Shown one piece after another: positions 25,546-34,656 of a DNA stretch of 38,996 nt. The position numbers and the translations under genes are program-made. Numbering within the stretch: position 1 is the first letter of the stretch; every line of letters starts with the position of its first letter. The notes below the pieces were generated by a model. It had not been told where the DNA came from, made no database searches, and saw nothing but the letters and a program-made list of their open reading frames with translations. Source of the stretch: a virus (lineage: Duplodnaviria; Caudoviricetes); IMG/VR virus record IMGVR_UViG_3300030005_000006, positions 1 through 38,996 of that record. One strand, 5' to 3'.

Positions 25546-25727
25546 TAACCCTGCTCAATCTTGCTAGGCGACCCTTTAGCGTATCTAAGCCAGGTATGAC
25601 AGCATGGGCAGTATTGCAGCCGTAGGGTAATCATTATCCCCAGCTTGGTATTATCACAGCGGGGGCATTCTTCAGCATAAGCGTCGACAGGGAGTGCCTC
25701 GTCCAAAAGTTCGGTATCGGGGATCAT
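25542..25727 (-). CDS. Small zinc-ribbon protein
   Basis: CPRC..YCPCC. Confidence 0.55.
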   Translation of the reverse strand: MIPDTELLDEALPVDAYAEECPRCDNTKLGIMITLRLQYCPCCHTWLRYAKGSPSKIEQGY

Positions 25728-25765
25728 TTTGTTTTGATTGAGTGGCCGGAAATACGGTTATTCAA

Positions 25766-27217
25766 TCAAATTAGCCCGTTATAAGACGCGATGGCCAACG
25801 CCGTCCATTGCGTATAACCAAAATCACCGGGATGCGTGCCATCGCCACAGGAAACCCATTGGTCAGCCCACGAAGTCACTGGAACATAGACAACGCGGGA
25901 GTCTGCCAGACCTGAAACAATAGCGGCTATGGACGCATTATTCGCTGTCCAACGGTTAGGGGATTGTTCCGGGATGATGCCACGGCAAAGCACCTTGCCG
26001 TAACCTTTCGCCAACAGTGCGGTAATAAAGCCGGTATAAGCGGTTATATCGCCACCGCTCAAGGGATTATCCGTGCTGGAACCATTGCGCCCTTGGGCAA
26101 TGACGGCCACATCATTGGCGGTGGCTGTTATGCCGTTTAACAGATTGGGCAGACGGGTTGCAAATTGCCCAATCGTTTCACCGGATAGCCCGTAAGTCGC
26201 ACCCGCATAACCGTAATAGGCCGCGACTCTCATTGTCTCGACTTCGCCCATTGACGTTGACGCAAGCCCGGCGGTCAGGCTATCGCCGAACTGGTCCAGA
26301 CGTTTGGGTGTTCCCGGCAAGGTTAGCAACGGTTTATCCAGGCCGATAACAAACAGGTTATAACTGTTGGGCAGTCCGCCTGTCCAGACGTTATAGGTAT
26401 GCGTTCCTGGGGGCAATGCAATCGTCCACGAGACGGAAAAGTTTGAAAAGAACGGCCCCTGAGCATCCCAAGTATTGCCGGATAGTGGAAAGGGTAAGGG
26501 AGTTGCGCCCAGATTATTGGTATTGTCCCCGGTTTTTTCAGTGCCATAGCGGGTGGTAGTGGTTCCATCTATACACACAAACAAACAATGGCTGTTTGAG
26601 GTTATGATCATGTGGCTAGCGTCGCTTTTAAAGCAGATCGTGCTGCAACCGCCCGGATTTCCGCCACCGTAATCACGGCTTAACAGGGTTGCCGGAACCG
26701 TTCCCGTTTGCGTGTTTCCACCTTGGCTATAACTTTCAAAAAACCCGGACTGGACCGTATTGGCCTGAAAATCCCCTGCGGAAATTATCGTATTGGCCGG
26801 TATGATTTCAGGGCTTGCACCGGTGACTGCAAAAATGGCCGGGTCAGTTATGGAAAAATATTGATAATAAGCCCCTGCGCCCGGCATGACAACGATGGTA
26901 TGCAGCGTGTCTTCCAGGTCTTTAAACAAATAATGAATGTCGCCGCTTCCGTAGGGAATAGCAGAGACCGCCTTTTTGCCATCGACACTGACCATGATGG
27001 ATGAATAATCATCCCCGGCATTGCGGACTTTAATTGAACAGGAAGTACCCTTGATTCTGCCAATCCATGCGGAAACAGCCATTCCATTTAAGGCAAGCCA
27101 ATATAATTTCCCACTATTAATAACAGTGGGACCGCCAAAACCGGAGCCTATCTCATCAAATGAAAAGAGCTTAGTACGTGGCGTAGTTACTATAAGCTGT
27201 TTGGTTGCAGGGTTCAT
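25766..27217 (-). CDS. SGNH/GDSL hydrolase-domain virion protein (putative polysaccharide deacetylase/receptor-binding)
   Basis: Blocks FGDSLT, GLSG, GRN, DGTHP at the C-terminus; beta-rich N-terminus. Confidence 0.82.
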   Translation of the reverse strand: MNPATKQLIVTTPRTKLFSFDEIGSGFGGPTVINSGKLYWLALNGMAVSAWIGRIKGTSCSIKVRNAGDDYSSIMVSVDGKKAVSAIPYGSGDIHYLFKDLEDTLHTIVVMPGAGAYYQYFSITDPAIFAVTGASPEIIPANTIISAGDFQANTVQSGFFESYSQGGNTQTGTVPATLLSRDYGGGNPGGCSTICFKSDASHMIITSNSHCLFVCIDGTTTTRYGTEKTGDNTNNLGATPLPFPLSGNTWDAQGPFFSNFSVSWTIALPPGTHTYNVWTGGLPNSYNLFVIGLDKPLLTLPGTPKRLDQFGDSLTAGLASTSMGEVETMRVAAYYGYAGATYGLSGETIGQFATRLPNLLNGITATANDVAVIAQGRNGSSTDNPLSGGDITAYTGFITALLAKGYGKVLCRGIIPEQSPNRWTANNASIAAIVSGLADSRVVYVPVTSWADQWVSCGDGTHPGDFGYTQWTALAIASYNGLI

Positions 27218-27221
27218 AAAA

Positions 27222-28103
27222 TCAGTCTATTTCTGCCGTTAGTTCTACAAAAATTGATTGCCCCGAGGTCGGCGTAAAATTATCACGGACCTCCAAAATG
27301 CCATAAAGGCTGCGTGATGCGGCTGCGCACACGAATTTTAAACGGGTTGAAAAATTGCTCGATTCCGCACAATCAGACCCAGAGCCTTCCGCACCCATTG
27401 CATCAAAATCAATAAAGCCTATTTTATTGGCCCTGTTCGCATACAGGGATGCAAAGGGCGAATTATCAGCAATCGGTGAAATGGCTGTATGAAATAAATG
27501 CAATCTGAACCGGGACGCATTGGATGCCTGGTCAGTGACTAACCGCGCTTTAACGATATAACCTGAGCCCGCGTTAACGCGTGCAATATTAGTGAATGAT
27601 AACAATGCGGGCGCAGATGTTGAATTTGAAAAAACATCAAGCGCCGTATAATAATCCGTATTGGCAGGCCGGGCATAACTGGCGGAAACTAACGCACTCT
27701 GGCCTGATACTGAACCTATATGTAACTCACCTGCTAGTAAAGCAGTCGATGATCCAGATTCCAGGGCGGCTAATATGGCAGCCAGATTGCCGCCCGTTTC
27801 CCGGGCGGCACCCGTAGGAAGCGGCAAGGACGCGGCTGAAACAGGTTGCGTTACGGCTGACCCATCAACGGGGATTCGTCCGGTAACTAAAGCGGGCGTT
27901 TTTGCATCAATACTGGCAATCGATGTATTTCCGGTATCCTGTTTGGCCGAGGTTGACGCGCCCGATGCTAGCGGCAGCGCCCCTTGGTCGGAAGCCAGCA
28001 CAACCGGAATACTGGCATTTGCCAACGCCTGGCCTAAAGCCGGGTTTGTGTTGATCGTTTGAGGGGTTCCCGTGGCGTCAAGGACTTGTATGGAAGTTGG
28101 CAT
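27222..28103 (-). CDS. Putative fibre/decoration protein
   Basis: Ala/Ser/Thr-rich shaft with repeats LPLASGAST/LPLPTGAAR and a globular C-terminal domain. Confidence 0.6.
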   Translation of the reverse strand: MPTSIQVLDATGTPQTINTNPALGQALANASIPVVLASDQGALPLASGASTSAKQDTGNTSIASIDAKTPALVTGRIPVDGSAVTQPVSAASLPLPTGAARETGGNLAAILAALESGSSTALLAGELHIGSVSGQSALVSASYARPANTDYYTALDVFSNSTSAPALLSFTNIARVNAGSGYIVKARLVTDQASNASRFRLHLFHTAISPIADNSPFASLYANRANKIGFIDFDAMGAEGSGSDCAESSNFSTRLKFVCAAASRSLYGILEVRDNFTPTSGQSIFVELTAEID

Positions 28104-28116
28104 GAGTATTTTCCTT

Positions 28117-28587
28117 TTATATAAGTGCTGTTAAGCCCGATGCTTGCATGGCGGAAAAATCGAAAGTCCCTGGGGTATAGGCTACCGGGGCAGCAAACCC
28201 TTTATACAGTGTACAGAGTAGATAGGCGCCGTCGTAGTAGCAAACTATCAAATCCAATGCACCCGCCTCAGTGCTTAAGGCCGCCGCCCCCTTCGGGAAT
28301 CGGTAAGAAGTATCGTAGGTTAATAGCCTCTTACCGACTGAATCTTGTGTACACGCTATTCTAATTAACCTGCCATCGCCAAGATTTACAGGGTTTAACA
28401 GAACATGGTTTTTAGTGAGTCTTATCGAAAAATTAGACTGCCCCTGGGCATTTAACACCACATCATTGTCACTATCAGAGAGTGAAACTACCGAAGTTTC
28501 AGCCTCCCCTGGTGGTCCTGGTGGTCCTGGTGGCCCCTGCTCAGACGATATTAAAACATCAATAACGGGGGTAATAAAAAAAGACAT
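28117..28587 (-). CDS. Short fibre-like protein with collagen triplets
   Basis: GPPGPPGPPGE; C-terminal NP.NL..G..TQD..G.R.LT..LST..GA.D motif seen in fibre ends. Confidence 0.65.
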   Translation of the reverse strand: MSFFITPVIDVLISSEQGPPGPPGPPGEAETSVVSLSDSDNDVVLNAQGQSNFSIRLTKNHVLLNPVNLGDGRLIRIACTQDSVGKRLLTYDTSYRFPKGAAALSTEAGALDLIVCYYDGAYLLCTLYKGFAAPVAYTPGTFDFSAMQASGLTALI

Positions 28588-28591
28588 AGGG

Positions 28592-28945
28592 TTATCTCGT
28601 TATTTGCTCGCTAAACATAACTACACCGTAGCACAGGCGCACGGTATCGCTATTTAAAAAATAAATTTCCAGATCATATAAACCGCCTGCACCGATTAGC
28701 GCATCGGTATCGGCTGCTGCTATGTAAAAGTCCATTTTTCCAATGGATGGGGTAATCGTAATCCGGTTGTTTTCGGTGCTGAGCTCCAGTAAAAACGAAG
28801 CCGATTCCACAGTTTCCCGAACTTGCATTTTAGCCGTGCAATCCGTTAAATTAATGGGCTGGCCGTTGCTGTCATTCCAGATGAGTGAATGCCGCCACGT
28901 CGCCCCTTTTTCAATAACTGGAAGATTTAATTTAGCCGCTTTCAC
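28592..28945 (-). CDS. BppU-N-like fibre adaptor protein
   Basis: IEKGATW..W.D.NGQPINLT.CTAKMQVR..YDLEI; GTG start with AAGGA RBS. Confidence 0.7.
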   Translation of the reverse strand: MKAAKLNLPVIEKGATWRHSLIWNDSNGQPINLTDCTAKMQVRETVESASFLLELSTENNRITITPSIGKMDFYIAAADTDALIGAGGLYDLEIYFLNSDTVRLCYGVVMFSEQITR

Positions 28946-28975
28946 CCAGTTTCCTTAGTTAAATTAGGTTAACTT

Positions 28976-29050
28976 ATCATAGTCCTTAGTTAAAGCAGGT
29001 TTAAGGTGAAACATTTCACCTTACAATTGCCCCGCCCATGGCGCTACCAT
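28976..29050. promoter_or_regulatory. Bidirectional late promoter centred on a perfect palindrome (putative Mor site)
   Basis: TAAGGTGAAA-ca-TTTCACCTTA 29002-29023; -10 TACCAT (+, 29045-29050) and TATGAT (-, 28981-28976) at 21 and 20 bp. Confidence 0.7.
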
Positions 29051-29056
29051 CTTGCC

Positions 29057-30175
29057 ATGAGTAAAACACCCCCGGTATCCATTGCCCTTTCTGCACGGCT
29101 GATTGAGCTGGGCGGTTCTGTGCCTACCGAAATTAAACTACTTCCATCAGGTAAATTCAAAGCCAAGGACGGACGCCCGCACGGACTATCCGGCTGGCTG
29201 ATGAATGACCAAAGCGCCGGTGCATTGCTTAGCGCTTGTGCCAGCCAGCAAGACAATTACCTGATCGATTACGACCACCAGACCTTGTACAGTAAAACCA
29301 ACGGCCAACAAGCGCCCGCCGCAGGCTGGTTCTCAGCCCTGCAATGGCGGTCTGATGACGGTCTTTATGCCACCAATGTCGAATGGACAGCCGCCGCAAC
29401 CCAAGCCATTGAGTCCAAAGAATACCGCTACATCTCCCCGGTTTTAACCTTCAACCCAAGTACCGGCGAAGTCACCGGCCTGCTGATGGCCGCCCTGGTC
29501 AACTATCCCGCGCTTGATGGCTTGAACGATCTTGCCGCCGCACATTTTCACGTTTCACTACAACAGGACATCACCATGGATCAAGACGAACTGCTTGAAC
29601 GCCTGCGATATTTACTCAACCTTCCAACGTTAGCAACGCTTGATGAGGTGCTAGCTGAGCTGGAAAAACTCAAAACCCTTATCTCAACACCCGAAGACAC
29701 GACCCAAGGCCTGGCCGCTTATTTAAGCGCGCAAACCCACCGGATAGAAGAACTGTCCGCACACCTGCCAGATGTGTCAAGCTTCGTGCCCGTTGAAGTA
29801 ATGCAAGCCCTGCAAGGCGAATATGCCGCGTTACTGGCTACAGTGCAAGGCGATAAAATCCGTCAGATGATTGAGCCTGCCCTAGCCGATGGCCGCTTGT
29901 TACCCGCGCAAAAAGTCTGGGCGGAAAAATTAGGCAGCACAGACCTGGCCGCACTCACGACCTATCTGGATACTGCCCGTCCTATTGCCGCCTTAAGTGG
30001 CCTGCAAACAAATGGGATAGGGCCTGATGACCGGACAATAAGCGCCTTTAAAACGCCGACAGGTTATTCAATTGACCCTGAAACGGTGGCTTTACATACC
30101 AAAATTAAAAACTACCAATCTGAACATAACACCACTTATGAAGCCGCCATATTAGCGGTTGAGGCGCAATTATGA
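29057..30175 (+). CDS. Mu gpI-like head protease/scaffold
   Basis: IDYDHQT..APAAGW..VEWT..EYRYISPV..ALVN.PAL; start moved to ATG 29057. Confidence 0.92.
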   Translation: MSKTPPVSIALSARLIELGGSVPTEIKLLPSGKFKAKDGRPHGLSGWLMNDQSAGALLSACASQQDNYLIDYDHQTLYSKTNGQQAPAAGWFSALQWRSDDGLYATNVEWTAAATQAIESKEYRYISPVLTFNPSTGEVTGLLMAALVNYPALDGLNDLAAAHFHVSLQQDITMDQDELLERLRYLLNLPTLATLDEVLAELEKLKTLISTPEDTTQGLAAYLSAQTHRIEELSAHLPDVSSFVPVEVMQALQGEYAALLATVQGDKIRQMIEPALADGRLLPAQKVWAEKLGSTDLAALTTYLDTARPIAALSGLQTNGIGPDDRTISAFKTPTGYSIDPETVALHTKIKNYQSEHNTTYEAAILAVEAQL

Positions 30176-30519
30176 GCAAGCAAAGTTTTCCCCTATTAAC
30201 GCTAACCATCGCAGCCTCTGCCACCCTGGTGGCCGAACGCTTTATCACTTTCGCGGGCGCTGTCCCTTCCGCCGATGCCGCTGTGTTGGGCGTCGTCAGA
30301 ACCGCCGCCGTGTCGGGTGATAAAGTCCCCGTCGATGTCCTTGGCACCACCGTTTGCGAGGCAGGCGGGGCTATCACCGCAGGCGACACCTTAAAAGTGG
30401 ATGGCACCGGCAAAGTCATCACCTGGGCGACTTCAGGCGCTAAAGTAGGGATTGCCCTGCAAGCCGCTTCAGGCACCGGAAAATTTATCGAAATTTTATT
30501 GCTGCCCATCGCCGCATAA
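30172..30519 (+). CDS. Capsid decoration/cement protein (DUF2190-like)
   Basis: 115 aa Ala/Gly-rich protein between protease and capsid; EAGGAI.AGD..G.ALQAA. Confidence 0.78.
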   Translation: MSKQSFPLLTLTIAASATLVAERFITFAGAVPSADAAVLGVVRTAAVSGDKVPVDVLGTTVCEAGGAITAGDTLKVDGTGKVITWATSGAKVGIALQAASGTGKFIEILLLPIAA

Positions 30520-30528
30520 GGAACCGCC

Positions 30529-31473
30529 ATGACTCAAATGACTATCTCAGCAACGCGGGTTATCGACCCGATTTTATCAACCGTTGCCCAAGGCTATAAA
30601 AACTCGGCCCTGATTGGCAGCGCCTTGTTCCCCTCCGTTCCAGTCACCCAACGCGCCGGAAAAATTATCCAGTTTGGAAAAGAAAGCTTTATGACCTTTG
30701 ATACGGCACGGGCGCCGGGAACCGCCGTCAAGCGGATTTCTATCGGCTATGGCTCACAAACCTATGGTATTGTTGACCACGCCTTATCCGCTGTCGTTCC
30801 GATTGAACTTCTGGAAGAAGCGCAAGCCGTCCCGGGTATTAACCTGGCGTCTGCCTCCGTGCGCACCGTCCAGGATATTATGCAATTGCGGCTGGAAATT
30901 GACCAGGCGACACTGGCAACGACCGCAGGCAGTTATCAGGCCGCTAACAAGACGACATTATCAGGCACCAGCCAATGGAGCGACCTGACCACCGGCGTAT
31001 CCGACCCCCTCAAAGATATTGAAGTGGCAAAAGATGCAGTACGCCAGGCCGTAGGACAACGCGCCAACACCGTCGTTCTAGGTGCAGCCGTGCTTAAGTC
31101 TATGGTGCAACACCCTAAAATTATTGATCGTATTAAATATACCGGTCGTGATGTGCCTACACCTGAACTGTTAGCCTCCCTGTTCGGCGTTTCCACGGTC
31201 GTGGTAGGCGATGCCATCAGCGCCGATGAGGCGGGCACCTTCTCCGATATTTGGGGAAAATTCGTCATTGTGGCCTATACCGAACAAAGCGGCCTGGCCG
31301 ATATGGGGAGGCCGACTTACGGCTATACCTACCAGCTATCTGGCTATCCCTTTGTAGAAACGCCGCATTACGACTATACCACGCGGTCTTGGCTCTATGA
31401 CGTATCCGATGCGGTTAAACCGGTCCTTAGTTGCGTGAACGCGGGCTATCTGATTTCTGCGGCGGTGGCTTAA
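30529..31473 (+). CDS. Major capsid protein
   Basis: IDPILS.VAQGY.N..LFP.VPV..FGKE.F..T.RAPG..SDP..DI; position in the head module. Confidence 0.88.
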   Translation: MTQMTISATRVIDPILSTVAQGYKNSALIGSALFPSVPVTQRAGKIIQFGKESFMTFDTARAPGTAVKRISIGYGSQTYGIVDHALSAVVPIELLEEAQAVPGINLASASVRTVQDIMQLRLEIDQATLATTAGSYQAANKTTLSGTSQWSDLTTGVSDPLKDIEVAKDAVRQAVGQRANTVVLGAAVLKSMVQHPKIIDRIKYTGRDVPTPELLASLFGVSTVVVGDAISADEAGTFSDIWGKFVIVAYTEQSGLADMGRPTYGYTYQLSGYPFVETPHYDYTTRSWLYDVSDAVKPVLSCVNAGYLISAAVA

Positions 31474-31656
31474 ATGGCCGATAAAACCCATAAACCCGTT
31501 GATACTGAGTATCGGGTAATAGAACCCCTGCAACATGACGGCTTTAGCTATCAGCCGCAAGATAAAATAGTGCTGTCTGAACAGGCGGCCTCGGTGTTAC
31601 TGGCTAACAACCTCATTTGCAAACATGAGCTATTGCACGAAACAAAACCTGATTGA
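31474..31656 (+). CDS. Small head-associated protein
   Basis: YRVIEPLQHDG..Y motif; directly after the capsid gene. Confidence 0.65.
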   Translation: MADKTHKPVDTEYRVIEPLQHDGFSYQPQDKIVLSEQAASVLLANNLICKHELLHETKPD

Positions 31657-32032
31657 CCGGTTTGGCGTGGCTGAACTCATCCAGCGCACGGATAGGGACA
31701 GACGCGGGGACATTGACGATGCGGTGTTGATGCAGCTAATAAGCGACGCTGACTCGGAAATCAATGGCTACCTGGGCGCTTACAGCCTGCCGTTAGCCAA
31801 TGTACCGGCTAATTTTGTCCGCTTGGCGGGCGATATTGTCAGGTATTATTGTTACGACGACCAAATGAATGAGCCCGTAAAGGCCCGTTATGACAGTGCT
31901 ATCGCTTATCTAAAAATGGTCGCTAACGGGACGATAAAACTGGCCCCCGATAGCCGTGGGGAACCGATTCCATCAGCCATGGGCGGTATCTTAATCAGCA
32001 GCAATGCGCCGGTTGCCGTGGAAAATTATTAA
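31625..32032 (+). CDS. Head-tail adaptor, Mu gp36/DUF1320
   Basis: MSYCT..L..RFG..EL..DA.SEINGYL..Y.LPL..DI.RY..RY..AI.YL..VA.G. Confidence 0.9.
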   Translation: MSYCTKQNLIDRFGVAELIQRTDRDRRGDIDDAVLMQLISDADSEINGYLGAYSLPLANVPANFVRLAGDIVRYYCYDDQMNEPVKARYDSAIAYLKMVANGTIKLAPDSRGEPIPSAMGGILISSNAPVAVENY

Positions 32033-32454
32033 TGATGCTAAGGGCGCTGGTTGAAGACACCATCCGGCTGGCAATCCATGAATTTAAAGACGTGGGCGGG
32101 GCGGCGGGTATCCAATCCGTATTGGCGAATGCTGTCACGCCGCCGGGTTGTTATGTGTTCAGGCAAAAAGTAACCGTTAACCCCAATACCGCGATTAGCA
32201 CAATCTCGCAACTGAGCATGGAAACGCTGGGCGTATTGGTCGTGACCCGCAATGTGCAGGATGCCCGGGGCGGGGTTAATTCAGACGAAAGCGAAGCCTT
32301 ATGCACTCTGATCCGGGGCGTGTTACTTGGCTTGACGGTTGATAACAGTTATGCGCCGCTGGAATATGGCGGCGGCGATCTGGTTTTAATGCGTGACGGG
32401 CTGCACTTCTGGCGCGAACTTTGGCAAACAAGCCGCTATCTTCGGGTAGCTTAG
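32032..32454 (+). CDS. Tail terminator protein
   Basis: About 140 aa between adaptor and tail tube; P..YV and GG.L..W patterns. Confidence 0.68.
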   Translation: MMLRALVEDTIRLAIHEFKDVGGAAGIQSVLANAVTPPGCYVFRQKVTVNPNTAISTISQLSMETLGVLVVTRNVQDARGGVNSDESEALCTLIRGVLLGLTVDNSYAPLEYGGGDLVLMRDGLHFWRELWQTSRYLRVA

Positions 32455-32462
32455 GATTAAAA

Positions 32463-32705
32463 ATGAACTTGAACTTTGAAGACTATAAAAAAACCGGAAA
32501 AAGTGGCAGCTATGACGCTAAGACTGATTCTTATGTATTGGACGATGGACCCCAAGAAATTACGGAGGGGGAACAACTTGTACAAATTGACGTAAATAAT
32601 GCACAACCTGACAGTCAGGAAACTGCACAACCTGACGCCATGGAAACTGTAAGTACAGACAGGCAAGAAACGATAAAATCAACTGGATCGGGAGTAAAGC
32701 CATGA
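32463..32705 (+). CDS. Small hypothetical protein with a 24-bp tandem duplication
   Basis: AGGA RBS; GKSGSY motif; AQPDSQET/AQPDAMET at 32600-32647. Confidence 0.6.
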   Translation: MNLNFEDYKKTGKSGSYDAKTDSYVLDDGPQEITEGEQLVQIDVNNAQPDSQETAQPDAMETVSTDRQETIKSTGSGVKP

Positions 32706-32836
32706 GCGGGATTGAAGATATAACAGAACAAGAACCGGTTGAAGCTGAAGAGGGTGCCGGGATTGATGCGGACGATGCAGCCGAAGCCGTAGCTGAATCC
32801 GACGATGAACACAAATTAGGGGAAGATGATGAGTGA
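32702..32836 (+). CDS. 44-aa highly acidic peptide (not in ORF track)
   Basis: GGAG RBS, ATGA overlap; 19 D/E and 1 K. Confidence 0.55.
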   Translation: MSGIEDITEQEPVEAEEGAGIDADDAAEAVAESDDEHKLGEDDE

Positions 32837-34649
32837 TCCACGCCTAACCAATAAGCGATTTTTAATTGCCAAGGCCGAAACCACGCCCGGTATTGATTCG
32901 TCCCCAACCTCAGTAAACGGCCTCTATGTCGAAACGTTGACCGTAAAAAAACTCGATGTGAAAACCATTGACCGCAACACCATCAAGCCGTTCATGGGGT
33001 CGAGTGCAAAAGTGGTGGCGACCTCTGAAGGCCAGTTGGATTTTGAAATAGCCTTGGCCACCGGCGGCAATGCAGCAGGCGTCCCCACGCCAGGGACAAC
33101 CCCTGCCTATGATGCTGTTTTACGCGGCTGCGGCATGGTAAAAACCGTTTCAGCGACAGCCATTAGCGCTACTGCCCAAGGCGGCACGCTCAACAGCATC
33201 AAACTGGATACGGCCGCTTCGGCGACTGATGATATTTACTGCGGGATGACCGTCCTCGCGGAATTTCAATCCGGCGTATTACAAGCGCCCGGTGTTACCG
33301 ACCAGGCACAGATAAAACTGCCCGCCACCGATAACATAGCAACGGGGTCAACCGTCGGCACCTCGACAACAACCGCTATAAACCTGGCCGTAACCGCTTC
33401 GGCGGATGATGATTTCTATACCGGCATGAGCTTGATCATAGCCGGGCAAACCCGGACTATTTCGGCTTACGTAGGTTCCACGAAAGTAGCCACCGTCTCC
33501 TCGGCTTTTCCCTCTGCACCCGCAGCGGCAACGGCTTACACCATCCTGTACAATGATGATTATTATGTCGGCATGGCGGCCACCGTCGTGCATTTTTCCG
33601 GGACTATTGTCAGCTCAGGAAGCTTTATATCAACGGTTAATTATATCTATCTACCCGCTTCTTTAGCTTCCGCTAATATCCTTGGCTGTGACTTGAAAAT
33701 TACAACGGGGGCCGTTACAGAAATACGCCGTATTTCCGCTTATGACACCGTAAGCAGGAAGGCAACCTTAGCATCAAAACTGGCGACGATCCCCACATCA
33801 GCTTCAACGTTTAAGGTCACTGAGATCAAGCCCATCATTGCCAGCAACGGCACCACGCGGCTGGTAACCGTTAAAACACCCTATAAGTTCCTGACGCTAG
33901 TGGGTGGCGCGTTTACCCTGTCAGCCTATCGCCTGGTGATTGATTACAATGGCACCAGCAAGATTGCAACGGTCACGCCCGCCTTTAAAAAAGCGCCCAC
34001 GACAACCACCGTTTTCTCGTTTAACCCCTTCGTTAAATATACGCCGTCATCTGCAAACCACATCAGTAACACCTTTTACTATTATGAAGACGGCGCTTTG
34101 CATAGTTTTATTTATGCCCGGGGCAATGTCTCGTTTGAGTTTAACAACAACGCCATTCCCGTGATGAAGTTTTCCTATAAGGGACTTGTTGACCGCTACG
34201 AAGATGGGGCCTTCCCCAGCTTTGACTTAAGCGCGTGGGTTGAGCCTTTACCGATTAATTACGACAATACGCAAAACCTGATTGTTAACGGTTTCGCTGA
34301 TACGGTCATGGATAAAATCAGTTTTGACCTCGGTAATGAGTTGGTGCATTTAGACGCCCCTGGCGCTGATATGATCTATATCAAAAACCGGGCGGTGAAA
34401 GGCAATGTATCTATCTGGTCACCTTTAGCTTCCCAGGTTGATTTTTACAGCGCGATTATTAACGCGCAAACCAACCAGGTCTCGTTTACCCACGGCCCGA
34501 TCGGCAACCAAATCTCCATTTTTTGTAAATCCGTGCAATTGCTCAATCCCAGCGATTCAGAAAAAGACGGAATCCAAATGCTTGGCATGGATTTTAATAT
34601 ATTGCCGACCGGAACCGGCAGCAACGATATAAACATCATTTTACAATAG
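32826..34649 (+). CDS. Major tail tube protein with a large internal repeat-domain insertion
   Basis: N-terminal AKAETT.G.D..P.YD.VLRGCG and C-terminal GN.SF..F..KG..D.GN tube motifs; upstream of chaperones and tape measure; no sheath gene. Confidence 0.82.
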   Translation: MMSDPRLTNKRFLIAKAETTPGIDSSPTSVNGLYVETLTVKKLDVKTIDRNTIKPFMGSSAKVVATSEGQLDFEIALATGGNAAGVPTPGTTPAYDAVLRGCGMVKTVSATAISATAQGGTLNSIKLDTAASATDDIYCGMTVLAEFQSGVLQAPGVTDQAQIKLPATDNIATGSTVGTSTTTAINLAVTASADDDFYTGMSLIIAGQTRTISAYVGSTKVATVSSAFPSAPAAATAYTILYNDDYYVGMAATVVHFSGTIVSSGSFISTVNYIYLPASLASANILGCDLKITTGAVTEIRRISAYDTVSRKATLASKLATIPTSASTFKVTEIKPIIASNGTTRLVTVKTPYKFLTLVGGAFTLSAYRLVIDYNGTSKIATVTPAFKKAPTTTTVFSFNPFVKYTPSSANHISNTFYYYEDGALHSFIYARGNVSFEFNNNAIPVMKFSYKGLVDRYEDGAFPSFDLSAWVEPLPINYDNTQNLIVNGFADTVMDKISFDLGNELVHLDAPGADMIYIKNRAVKGNVSIWSPLASQVDFYSAIINAQTNQVSFTHGPIGNQISIFCKSVQLLNPSDSEKDGIQMLGMDFNILPTGTGSNDINIILQ

Positions 34650-34656
34650 GTTTTTT

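Noticed and set aside
25542-28945. Invertible (shufflon/Gin-type) segment
   Set aside because: No flanking inverted repeats or invertase seen; the orientation is explained by a dedicated divergent promoter
19722-32032. Transposable Mu-like prophage
   Set aside because: No MuA/MuB genes or Mu-type ends; tyrosine integrase and att site are present
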